DNA of 64,000 bases from Paraspadella gotoi (GCA_051294375.1 CM119263.1:14993574-15057573); one strand, 5' to 3'. Positions 25,419 through 39,168 are shown, counted from the stretch's first letter. Translations and numbers: made by a program. Notes: generated by a model not told the origin, from the letters alone.

Positions 25419-27087
25419 GAGCCTCACCGAGCCAAGGCCGTCATGGTTCCGTCTCTGGGGTGGTTGCCCCATTTCGTCGTAATGACTGCCGCCGGGGCTC
25501 TCCTGGGGGGGATCGTCCAAGTCTTGGGAGTGTCCCGTCGTCACTCCGCTAACGGGGAGATAATCCGTTCTGGAGAGAGGCGAAAGGGGAGTGGACGGGG
25601 TGATAAAACTGGAATCGTTTTGACTGTGTCGTCGAATACGTCAAATTTTGAAGTCATAATTTTAGTTGATCATCATATTTTTGTCATTTGACATTGTAAC
25701 CAATCCCGCCGGTCCACCTTTGCGTGCTGGAGATGGAGGGATGGGCGACACCGCTCTCTGTGGACATCGAGTTTTGGGGCGAGCTCGGGCCGGCGCTGCC
25801 GGAGCCGGCCACGCTCGCCGACCCGCCGACGCTCGCGGTGCCCACGCGGTCTAGACGAGGGTCGGGTCGATCTGAACCGACGGATGTTGAGGAAGGATTA
25901 GATTCATGAATGAATTAAGGGAATGAATGTGAAAGAAAAAAAATTGAATCAAAGGCGAGATTCGATGCTTCGCTCTTCATCGACGCCTTTGAATATAAAA
26001 TAAACGGGAAACTTTTTAGTTTTATTAAAAAAAAAACAACAACAAAAAAAGACTAGAGATCCGGTTAGTCGGCTGGGTTTTTGTAGTATAAAAAAGAAGC
26101 ACGTTCGTTATATTATCACACAAAATGCAACCAATTATGGAAATATATGCAGACGCGTACTCACGATAACTCGAACGTTCTACAGTTACTAGCAAACACA
26201 AAAAACGAAAAATAAAGGGCACGATACGGTTACAACTAGGCTGGAATCCCTGCCCTTTACACACGTCCCAGAAAACGAATGTTACATTGATCATGCTTTT
26301 TTTTTATAAACTTTTCACGCCCATCGTATGTTATGTATCTATTTTTAATATTATATAAAAGTAAAAAAAGGAAAGTATAGGTAAAATTCAGAGAAAAAAT
26401 TTATTCTACATCTAAACTTCCCGTTTTAATATACAAAAAAATCTATTAAAAAAATGGAAACAGGTTTAAAATGAGTAAAAAAATCAGAAAAGAGCAAACA
26501 AGGGGTTAGGTCACGACAAAAGGCCCAAAAAAGGGAAATTTGGAGAAGTCCAGCGATAAGATCCGAGGAGGTGATAACAGAGCGATGGATCAGGTGCAAC
26601 CAAGCAGTCAGGACAAGCTGTTGTTCAAGCTTAGTCAAGCCAAGAAGGAGGAATGCTTCGATTAAAGTGACCAGAGCCTCGAAAAAAAACGAGAAAGAAG
26701 CTGTGGAATGACTCAGTTTAGGGGCACAGGTTCAGGTTGCCAAAAGAGTATCAAGGTTGAGGGGCACGATCGAGCAAGCTTGGGACAAAGTTTGGCGGGA
26801 AAGGGACAAAGTGGCATCAATGGCGTCTCACATGCGGCGCCGGCGTCGTCAAGGTCGTTGTCGAAGTTGGCAGAGGCGACGTCATCAGCGACGTCATCGA
26901 CGCCAACATTGACGTCACCTGACGCCTCGATGCCCAAGCGGTGAACGCTTATTTTTATTCGAAGGGGGTTTTCGTCGAGGGGTGAATTTTTTGTCGTTTG
27001 ATCAGGGGAGATGGGATTTGGTCGGAAACGAAACGCAAGCAAAACGGGGAAGGAAATTAGGAGTCGAGGAAAACAGCAATGAGAGAG

Positions 27088-27165
<78 letters not shown>

Positions 27166-27508
27166 GGAATCCTCGCGCGAGAACAGAAATACATTCATGC
27201 TGCGCGTCGGAAAGTGGCTGCCACAAGTAGCTGACGCGGCGCCCGTGGGCGTGGCGGGCATACCGAACTCGAGGGGCGTTCCGGCGCCGTCGTCGTCGTC
27301 GTATTCGGGTAAGGCGGCGGGACGACGACGACCGGCGTGTCGACGACCGAATCGGGCGAAGGCGCCGCCTCCGTCGTGGGAGACGCCGACGACGGCAGAA
27401 CCGTCGATGGCGAGATCGTGATGGCCGACTGCGTCATGGCGCTCTTTGATTGGCGCAGCGAGCCAGAGTCGAATTGGACTGCGGCGCCCAGTGGAATAGA
27501 GAGAGAGA

Positions 27509-27581
<73 letters not shown>

Positions 27582-28690
27582 AAAAAAAGGGAATCCCGAT
27601 TTTATTACCCAATCATAAAAAAAAAATTCCGTTGTTTTATAGTTTTTTCATTGTAGGAAGGCAGGAGGGAAATTTTGAAAATTGTAAATGGAAATTTATG
27701 TTTTTTTATTTTCTTTCATAAAAAAGGGAGAAACAAATTGGGTCGATGTGAGGAAGGCCGAGTCATTCCGCCAAAACCCATGCTTCTTTATACATCATAC
27801 CATATCATCAACCAGGGCCAAAGCTTAAGTAAAATATATTTTTTTTATTCCTTTATTTTTTACGCCGTAATTCATTCGCGAATATAAATAGTTCTCGTTT
27901 CCCTCTCACCAGAGGCGCTCTGTTTCGAAAGCAATTTTTCTATTTCTACAAAAAATAAAAGTGCAATTGGGGTGCTTGAGTCGCTTTGAGCCCGGCGGCG
28001 TTGGCGGCGACGTTCGGTGTTTCCAAGAAAAAAACACAGCAAGAAACCCAACAAAACATAACAAAACAAAACCAAAAACAGAAGAAAGCACCCACAGTGT
28101 TTTTTTTTTAACTTTGTAAATAAATAGTTCCTAGCCGATTGGAGATAAAACGAAAAAAAAATTAAATGGAAATTAAAGGACGGAGTTTCTACGTCCCTTT
28201 CATTTATCCTCGTTAAAAATATATTAAATTCGAAGAAATATTTCACATTTTGCGTCTTTTTTTTTTTATTAAAAAAATCTGAAATAAAACCCGTTTTAAA
28301 AAGAAAAAAAAATTGTGAACAATCGAAAAAAATAAATGTTGGCACAACACCGATAAGGATGGTGGGTCTTCTTATGAAAAAAAGGATTACCTTGCGAACT
28401 ATTAAACCACGTGGGTTGAAAACTTTGAAAATCGAGGGGTAACACTGAGAAAAACATTTTGTTTTCGTTTGTTAAAGGAATAAAACAGTAACGACGAATT
28501 GTTAGAAGGAATCAACGGTTATCACGACGAATCGATAATCAAAATGTTTGCATCGCCACATTTAAGTTTGCATTATATACATACGACATTCGAGAGTTAT
28601 TACGATGAATCTTCATCCATTACTGGACGATCAACTTATGTCTAAGATTAAACAAAGCTACGCTAATACATCATGAACACAACATTGACG

Positions 28691-28748
<58 letters not shown>

Positions 28749-29699
28749 TACCCGTGGCGTGATTGCTTCTCATTGTGGCGTAAGGGTCGTCGGTGACGTA
28801 GGCGTGCGTGTGACGCAGAGGGAGCGAACCCAAAAAGCCTTTCCCGTTGGGTAAGTGTCCGTTAACGAATCCGTTCATGGATCTGTTCGTATGTCCGTTC
28901 GTGTAGCCGATTCCATTTGGATGCAGCGGCGACAATTTGGTTTCGTTGATGTACTTCAGCTCCTCATTCTGGAAATTAATGTTAATGTTTGAATATTTTA
29001 TCTTTAGCTACAATGAGAAAAATCAAAAATATTTTCTTACAATTACAATGTTTTGGTTAGCTAAAGAAAACGACTTTATTTCTCCTTTCGAGAAAAAATT
29101 GAAAAGAAAGACCATCGAACTCTGGCAAATCCTCTGAATTGTCACGAACGAGTCTTACGAGCCTCATTAGGTCGGATTTCTTAGCCATCGCAACAAAGAG
29201 TCGCGGGGAAATAAAAAAAGGGCTATTACGCAGCTTTGGTCCGCTGATAAAACCAATAAAACTCATAAAGAATGAATGAAAAAAAGAAAGGGGGGGGGGG
29301 AAAGGGGGCAAAAAACGGAAAGGTTAACCAGGGAACGAGGAACGAGTTCGATTTTTCTCTACATTAAACCTGAAACAAGAACAAGGAAAACGCAATGTAA
29401 ACAAAGAGTCGACGACGAAAACAGAAGAATGAGACGACGACGACGCATTCACCTTCTGACCGTCTCTATCTCTATCTCGCACCGTGAATTGCTTGGAGTA
29501 ATCGTCGAAATCCGGTTTGTCGCTGCCGATGCTTCCGTAATGTTCGCTGAAGTTGTGATAGGAATTGTAGGTGCCGCTTCCGTTGCCGAAGCCCGGGGTG
29601 CCGTTCCCGTCGGCCGCCCGGGATTCGTACAGCTCCATCCCGTTGGGGGGAGTGGCAGAGTCCGTGGTTGTCTCGCTTCCGCCTAAGGCGTGGTGGGGT

Positions 29700-29764
<65 letters not shown>

Positions 29765-29897
29765 CAAATGTGCACCTGAGGTAAATGACGTTTACGACTT
29801 TAAATCGATCCGGAAGAGAAAGATCGAATTTGAGCTTGAGCCAACTTTGGCCAACTCTACCCTATTCCGTTGCTTGGTTTTTTTTCATGCTTACTGC

Positions 29898-29928
<31 letters not shown>

Positions 29929-31141
29929 TGTCTCTGACAAAGCGAGTTTTCGTTTTTTACGATCTCCAACCAAATTCCAGAGAATCAGCGACGGACGTTT
30001 GTTTACTCTCAAATTTTCTTTTTTCTTCTTTAAATGTTCCAACATACAGTCTCACTGTCGTTTCCTGCATCACTGCAGACAGCTGGTTTGAATTAGCATT
30101 CTTTTTTCGTTTTAACCTTCGCGATCGGCCTTATTTTTCAACCTTCAAAGTTTGTTATCTTTATAAAGTTCTAGTTCACCTTTTAAATTAGTTTTTTTTC
30201 TCGTTTTTTGTTCTTTGTTTTTATTCTTTATGTTTTGTTTTTTTATATCCTTTTATTATGTTTCTGGTTTTTTTATTGTTCACCTTTGACGTTGTTCTTC
30301 TTTTTGTTCCTCCGCACGCAGACGCAGATGATGACGACGTTGATGAGGATGAGGACGAAGCCTCCGACGCAGGCGGCGACGATGGCGATTTGAAGGGGGT
30401 CCATCCCGGCGGTGCCTGTGGTGGAGGGTGGCATGAGTGGGTGGTTGGGAAAGGACAAAGGTGGTCGATGATAGGGCGAAGAAATGTGGGGTAGAAAATA
30501 AAAAAATCAGTTGGGTAATCAGATTTTAAAGTTAAACTTCACCGCAATATACAATAAACGTTTAGCACAACATGCTAATGAAAAAAGTGATGTACTATCT
30601 GCTGTGATTAGCTAAATCAAAATATTCCAAGGTTTTTTAAAAAAGTCAAAACAGAATCTCTTTTTTGACCCTTAATCTCTCTTCGCTTCCCTCACCCATT
30701 GTGCGCACGACGATCTCGTTGCTCGTGCCCGACACGCCCATTCTGTTCTTGGCCGACACGGAGAGTCGGTACTCGGTGTCGGGCTCGAGTCCCTCCAGTT
30801 CGAAGACGACGCGCCCGTCCCGCCCGGGCGGGGCCAGCGACGCCGCCGCCGCCGACGTCGTCCGGTCGTTGTGCCGGACGAGGAAGGTCTGCGGGAGTCC
30901 GCCGTCGAATCCGGGAACCCAGGAGAGCGTCAACGCGTAACCGGAAGCTTCGGCGGCGTCTTGGGTGGCGGCGTCGACGGCCGCCCCGGCGTCGCGGATG
31001 GCGGAAGATGAAGAGGAGGAAGAGACGCCGGGCGCGACGAGGGAAAGGTTGGTGGGTCTCTCGGGAGGACCTTTTCGGTAGAGAGGAGTGATGTTGGAGG
31101 GCAAATCATGATGTTGATGAGGATGATGATGATGGTGATGG

Positions 31142-31172
<31 letters not shown>

Positions 31173-32547
31173 GATGATCATGATTATGATTATTAGTGAT
31201 GATTTTTTTTAATTTTTGGAAAAGGATGTATTTAACGTCCCTAATGGTATATGTATTTCAGTTATCCCTAAATATATTTAAAAAATCCCTAAATCTTTTA
31301 TTTCCGTAATCCCTGAACGTTAATCATAGATGGTAAGTAGTGTCGCGAGTTAAGATAACAATTATTCACCGAAACCAGTCACCAAAAATACGTCTATTTT
31401 CCGTACGAAAACCAAAAGACACCAAAATATTCTTTCATCAGAATAAATTTTCCTTTCCCGCCAATAAACTCACTCTGCGGTTTGAATCGAATCTCGACGT
31501 CGCATCTTCCCTTCCTCCTCCCGACGGACCCGTGACACCCGAGCCGATTCGACGCGCTGCACACGTAAGTCCCAAAGTCTTCGTCGACGACGCCGGAGAT
31601 CGTCAGCGTCGACGCCCACAATTCGGCGCCCAGACGCCGCGTCGTCTCGTGATACTTGGGCGGCGTCGATCCGCCGGCGGTGGCGGCGCCGAGTCCGCCC
31701 CAGGGGCAACCAGCGTCGGGTCTACACCACGAGAAGGCGACGGAAGGGGCGCCGTTGGCGACGCAAGTGAGGGAACCGTTGGCGCCGCGTTTCGCCGCGA
31801 ACACGCGTTGCATGTATGGCGGGAAGAGGGGGGCGTCTGGAAAGGAAGGTGGATTGGAATGACGATGTCAAAAATAGGGTCGGAAAACGTTTAAAAATCA
31901 ATTAATCAATCGATTAATCAATGAATTATTCAATAAAGCGGTCAAACAATAAATAAAAAAATATTAATAAATCAGTCATTCATAACGCGAATCAATCAAA
32001 AAATCTTGATTCTTGAAGCGTCCCCTTGCACCACTCTCGCTTACAATTGACGACGAGTTTGACGATGGTCGTCGTCATGAGCAGCTTCCCGTCTCCGTTG
32101 CGGAGGTCGTTGTTGCCCACGCAAGTGTAGAGGCCTCCGTCGAGTCGTTCCACGCGCGGGATGAAGTAGGTGAGAACGAATGGGCCGCGCGAGGGGGTTG
32201 GCCTGAGGGGGACGTGCAGAAGGTAAAACCGGTAATCGATGGAAGTGTCACGAAAGGCGTTGATCATAGCGGACGGAAAGAAATCTTTGGGAAGGGAATA
32301 ATTGTATAGTCAAATGTAGAATGATTAAAAAAGGATGGAAAATTGTTTGGCAGTTCGAAAAAAAAAATGATGGTAATAATATTTCCCAATCCCAGGATGC
32401 GGGGGTGGCGGTGAATGCTTTAATTGAATTTTCCAGAGAACACGCTCGAGCATTGCCAAAGGTGGATTCTTGTTATTCCCACGACGATTTGATTTTATTT
32501 AAGGAGACAAAGAAGGAGATAAAAGGAGACGGGAGGAAGAGAGAAGG

Positions 32548-32641
<94 letters not shown>

Positions 32642-35600
32642 AGAGAAGAAGAGAGGAGAGAGAGAGAGAAGAGAGAGAGAAGAGAGAGAGGAGAGAGGAG
32701 ACAGAGAGAGATGAGGAGAGAGAGAGAGAGGAGAGAGAGGGATTTCCTCCCCTAATCATTCCTTTCCCCACCCTATTCCCTTACCCCAAACTGCCGTCGT
32801 TTTTCTTCACGATTCCCTCAGCGACGGCGGTTGGTGGGCGTTTCCACGTCAGCATGTCCCGCGTGACGGGATGCGCCACGGCGGCGCACGTGAGCGTGGC
32901 GTTGGCGCCGTCGTCGGCGTACACGACGTCGTAATCGTCGTCGACGTCGAGACGCGCGAATTCCGGAGGGAAATCTACGAGCAGAGTGAAGTGGAGGTTG
33001 TGCTGCCCTCTGGCGTTGGCGGCGGAAACGAGATAATCGCCGGCGGCGGAGCGGTGAACGTGGAAAATGGAGAGGACGCCACCGGTGCTGCCGTCGACCT
33101 GGGTTAAGGGGGAAGAGAAAAAGATAAAGTGTGACATTGGAAGAGACCATTTGTCGATGAGCATGCAGTCGCTAAAATTTAATTGGTCAATCTTTGATGA
33201 AATCCGACCTGGAACATCATCTTGTTGGCGGGCGAGGTTCCGACGGCGCGGGTTCGAACTGCGACTGACGACGTAGTTGAGACGATGTCCACGTAGCGAC
33301 CTGAGACGAAGGCGAAAACGAAATGAATTATTATTTTTATAAATAAAGATTAAAATTGTCTATCAAAAGCAGATTTGTAATATTTATAATATTTCGATAC
33401 TAATGAAAATTTCGGTTGACTCACCGTTGATCTTCCTCATCCAACGATACTCCGTCACGGGCGGATTCGCGCTGACGGCGAATTCGGTGAAGGTCTTGTT
33501 GTCGCCTTCGAGGACGCGAGTCACGACGGAACCGGAAATCGGCGGCGGCGCCTTGGCGAAAACCGGCGCGTCTGAAAAGAGGGGGGGCGGGGGGGGAGGG
33601 ACGATTTGAACTTGAAGATCCTCACGATTTGAATGATTAGGTATTTATCACCAGGGACTATGTAATCTAGAAGAGATCTAAAAGCCGACCGAAATCTGGT
33701 ATAAGCTAATGAAAGCTTCACATGAATATTAATAAAAAAAGTATCAAATAAATATTAATAAAAAAAAGGTCAAGTGAGAGTAAAACGTTCATCGTTCATC
33801 TACTCAAATCAACTCCCCAAAATCCCTCGAGACTCACACTCGACTCCAAAGGCGAGCGGAGGCGATGTGACCGTGTTGCCCAAGAAGTGCGTCGCGCTGC
33901 ACGTGAATCGCATCTTGTCGTGGGAATACGCAGAGCGGAAGGAGAGCGTGCTGCGCGTGTGCTGGCCGCGGTACGCACCTGAGAAGTTGAATATGAGAAC
34001 GGAATATTCATTTCATTGATTAATTAATTGATTGATTGATTGATTGATTGATTAATTTTTTGATTGATTAATTTTTTGATTGATTGATTGATTGATTGAT
34101 TGGTTCCATCGTTCACCTTCTATGAAGACGGGTTTCCCGATTTGATAAACGTCCAGGTCGCAAGGGACTCCGCCGCAAAACCAGGTGATGGAGGCTGGCG
34201 GATTCGAACTCGGAGACTCGCATTCCAACACCACCTGAGTCGGCGCCACAACCGGCGTCGACGCGAGGGGCGTGGAGCGATGCGGCGGCGCCATCTCCGT
34301 CGCGTCGACTGTGGGGGTGGCGAAGCGTTGGGGGGGAAAGGTTATGAGATTAGGATTAACTTATTTAAGGTTGCCTTTTACTTTTTTTCTTTTATTCATC
34401 TATTTTTGATCTAGTGATTTTGATATCGTTTCCATATTATAATATTTATATACAGACAATTTTTTTCTTATAACTGTTATGTACGTTTTGTATAATATAT
34501 TTTTTTTATATGAGAAACAAATAACAACAAAAACAACAACCACAGTTACTGAGAAGAACTTTTTATCTGAAATTTCTTTAACATCATCGTCTGAGTCAAT
34601 CACTCCCCCCCCAACCATCTTCTCACATTTAACTCCAAACGTCCTGCAGTCTTTTGGTCCGGTGTACTTCCCGAAGGAGCTGTTGTAGACGGGATGTTGG
34701 ACGCGACAGCACATCTCCACGCCGTTGGAGGATCGGCGGAGGAGGAGGACGAGGCGTCCTCTAGACGAGGACGAAGTGGAGAGGGAGGGAAAGAGGGAGG
34801 AGGAGGCGGGGAGGAGCGGACCTACCGAAGACGCCGACGAGCCTTGGGGTGGATAGTTAATGGGTAGTTAATTTTTAATGTGAATAACTTTTTTAATAAC
34901 GATTTTTGCCTCACGATTTTTCATTTTAAACTCATCAATAATCCTCTTTTCCGCGAAACTCACTGTTGAAAAGACTGACGCTCGCTCGCGGGTGGCTCTC
35001 CCCGATGGCTGCGCAGCCGATCTCCACCGAGTCGCCCTCCTTGAAGATCTTCTGCGCCGGAGTCGTTACCATGACGACGCGTTCCGGCGCCACTGAAAAT
35101 GAATGGAAAGGGTGGATTAATGAATGAACGAAGAAATACTTAATGAATGAATAAAAAGGTTAAGTTAAGAGGTTCAATATCAATATCAGCCAAGTATTTT
35201 TCACCAGGTTAATTTATAATTCATAACGACTTTCTCAACGTCGAATTTTATGATCTTACGTACAAAAGCCAAAGCTTACGAAAAGTTCGTTCAGCTCGCT
35301 CAGTTAAACCGAGTAAAACGAACTGACGGATCCCGATTGAGTTAATTTTCGTAAGATTAAAAATCGACGGTAAATTGAGACGAAGAAAAAAAGATGGAAT
35401 CTTGGTTGGACCGAGATTTGTGTTGTAGTTATTCTGGTAAATTAGGCTCCGACGGAAATGAGGCGAAGAGGGAAAAGACTTAACGACTCTTTGCCTGTCA
35501 GAGGAGCAAAAGAGAGAGATGAGAGAGACGATCGAGAGAGAGAGAGATGAGAGGAGAGAGGACGCTCTTACATGATTTAAACTTGACCAAAGGACCGGAA

Positions 35601-38478
35601 AAGGCCGGGTGGAGACAACGGCGACGGCCCCTCGGCGGTGAAGGCAGGTGGGGGGGGAGAGGGGATGGAAGAAAATGGAGAAGGAACAGAGGAAGGAAAA
35701 TTGAAGGAAAGAAAGAGAGAAACGGAATAAAGGGAAGAGGGGAAATTGTGAAAAAGGTTCCAGCTTAATCTTAATGGATAACATAAGATGAAGAAGGAGC
35801 GTAACGATGAAACAAGAAAAGTATTTGAAATTGAAGATAAAAATTAATATTTAAATATGAAGGAAAAAAAGAAGTCACAACCAAAAAAAAACCAGAATTG
35901 AAAGAGAAACAAATGAAATTTCAAGGAAAGCGAGAGAAAAGAAAAATTCAAATAATGCCAAATACGACAAGGAAAAATTGAGAAAAAAAACTAATTACCA
36001 AAACTAAAAACAAACCAAGAATGAACCTAGAATAAATTAACGTAAAAAACAACAAGAAAATCTTAACGAGATGAAGCTAAGAAAAAAAATTAAAAAGAAA
36101 TAGAAAAATAAAGGAAAAAAAAAAGAAAAAAAAAAGATTGTCAAAAGGAAAGTTCCCAAACTTGGATCGGATTCTCTTCTTTTCGTTCACGAATCNNNNN
36201 NNNNNNNNNNNNNNNNNNNNNNNNNNNNNNNNNNNNNNNNNNNNNNNNNNNNNNNNNNNNNNNNNNNNNNNNNNNNNNNNNNNNNNNNNNNNNNNNNNNN
36301 NNNNNNNNNNNNNNNNNNNNNNNNNNNNNNNNNNNNNNNNNNNNNNNNNNNNNNNNNNNNNNNNNNNNNNNNNNNNNNNNNNNNNNNNNNNNNNNNNNNN
36401 NNNNNNNNNNNNNNNNNNNNNNNNNNNNNNNNNNNNNNNNNNNNNNNNNNNNNNNNNNNNNNNNNNNNNNNNNNNNNNNNNNNNNNNNNNNNNNNNNNNN
36501 NNNNNNNNNNNNNNNNNNNNNNNNNNNNNNNNNNNNNNNNNNNNNNNNNNNNNNNNNNNNNNNNNNNNNNNNNNNNNNNNNNNNNNNNNNNNNNNNNNNN
36601 NNNNNNNNNNNNNNNNNNNNNNNNNNNNNNNNNNNNNNNNNNNNNNNNNNNNNNNNNNNNNNNNNNNNNNNNNNNNNNNNNNNNNNNNNNNNNNNNNNNN
36701 NNNNNNNNNNNNNNNNNNNNNNNNNAGAGAAAGAGACAGAGAGAAAGAAAAAAAAATTTCGGTGGTGATGTCACAAAAAAGTTCAAAGGGTCGAGGATCT
36801 TCCCGACCAGACGGCGGAGGGACCCGGGGTCAAAGGTCACGCAGCTCCGGCGGTTCGTAGTGAGAGTGAGACGAGAGTGGCAGAAGAGGAAAAGGTAAGA
36901 GGGTGGGGCGAAGGGGNNNNNNNNNNNNNNNNNNNNNNNNNNNNNNNNNNNNNNNNNNNNNNNNNNNNNNNNNNNNNNNNNNNNNNNNNNNNNNNNNNNN
37001 NNNNNNNNNNNNNNNNNNNNNNNNNNNNNNNNNNNNNNNNNNNNNNNNNNNNNNNNNNNNNNNNNNNNNNNNNNNNNNNNNNNNNNNNNNNNNNNNNNNN
37101 NNNNNNNNNNNNNNNNNNNNNNNNNNNNNNNNNNNNNNNNNNNNNNNNNNNNNNNNNNNNNNNNNNNNNNNNNNNNNNNNNNNNNCAAAAAGTTTAAAGA
37201 AAAGAAAATATGTGTCCATGAAAAACTACTCATGAATTTTATGATAACCGAATTATGAAAGGAAATGAAAAACTGAAGAATATGTGATTGTGAAGGGAAT
37301 GAGAAAGAGGAAGAGAAGAAGCGAGAGTCAGACGTCGATGAAGAAAAACCCAAACCATTTTCAATTTTCGCTTAATAATAAAAACTGTTAAAAAGTTTAG
37401 TTTAAAAAGGGTATTTTTAAACTATCAATCATTTACCGTATATTTTTCTTTTGCTCTAAATTTCATAGAATTTCGAACTATCGCTACGGGCAAAATTAAG
37501 ATTTTAATTTATAAATGATAAAAAATTTTAAAAAATTAGAAAAAATTAAAAAAAAGGTAGAAAGAAGAAAAAAAAAATGGATGACGTTATCAAGAAAATC
37601 ATAAAACCATATTCAGAATTAAAAAAAATCTAGCGGCAACAGAACAAAGGCACTCGAGAGAGAAAAAGTTACAAAAAAAATCGACCTCAACTAATAATAA
37701 ATAGGAAAAAAAGCCGACGAGTTCCACGTCTTTCCCGAACATTTCCTCTTTTTNNNNNNNNNNNNNNNNNNNNNNNNNNNNNNNNNNNNNNNNNNNNNNN
37801 NNNNNNNNNNNNNNNNNNNNNNNNNNNNNNNNNNNNNNNNNNNNNNNNNNNNNNNNNNNNNNNNNNNNNNNNNNNNNNNNNNNNNNNNNNNNNNNNNNNN
37901 NNNNNNNNNNNNNNNNNNNNNNNNNNNNNNNNNNNNNNNNNNNNNNNTTTTTTTTTAAAGTCTCGTTGGGTAGAAACTAACCGACCTAAATAACAATAAC
38001 GCTGGATAAAAGATGCGCGCGCGAAACGTAAACAAAACCCAAGAAGAAAAACAAACAAAAGGAGAACAAGAGACGCATTAGCGGCGATGGAGATAATTCA
38101 TAATGGAAGCCGACCAAGCGAGTTTTCTCTCCGTTTTTTTTTATGATGTCGACGACGACGACGACGACGACGACAATGAAGATGATGATGATGATGTCGG
38201 CGTCAAAAACCGAAGTAAGGAGTCATGATACAATACTTTTTACTCTTAGAAATGATATAAGCAACATTAAGCATGCTGTTAAAATGTATTTAATAATAAA
38301 AATAATTTACAACGATTTCTCCGGCTAATACAAAAACGTCAATGGTAACAACGACGAAAGCAATGACGTCGATCGCGGACCCGCGAAGCAAAGCAAAGGC
38401 AAGAGAATGTGGTTATGGATACTTGTATTGTTCGCCGGAGACAAGCTGCGCGCGCATGAAGCCAGACCGGAAACTGGA

Positions 38479-38569
<91 letters not shown>

Positions 38570-39135
38570 TAGAGAGAGAGAGAATGATAGAGAGAGAGAG
38601 AGAATCTAGCGGCACAAAAGCGTCGACGCCCGGGATCGTCAGCGACGGCGCCAGGGGTTTTCTAGAGAAGACGGATGTAAGGCAGTCCCCGTGAGGACTC
38701 CGGATGTAAACAACATACCCATTGTTTTGAGGAACTTGGTGGCGTAGACTGGGGTGGTGCCGATTCCGCCTACAGCCTCGCAATCAATCCGCGTGTTCTG
38801 CAACTGATCGTCCTGGAGGGAATTGGTATTGCAAGGTACATAACTTTATTGAAGTCAATAAAATAAATAATATGCAAAAAAGAAAAGAAGTTAATGAACT
38901 AAATGAACTAAATCATTTAATTAAAGAAATTAATTAACTCGTAAATAAATTCCCAAGTAAATAAATAAATAAATATATAAGTAAATAAATAAATAATTCC
39001 TCCTTACTCTATTAATGTCGATGGTAATGTTTGATTCCGAGATCCACCCTGTGACGGTTTTGATTCGCTGATGACTCGGATCCCCGCGCGTCTGCGAAGG
39101 GGAACGGAATTCCTATGAATATTTCCATTTTGTTT

Positions 39136-39168
<33 letters not shown>

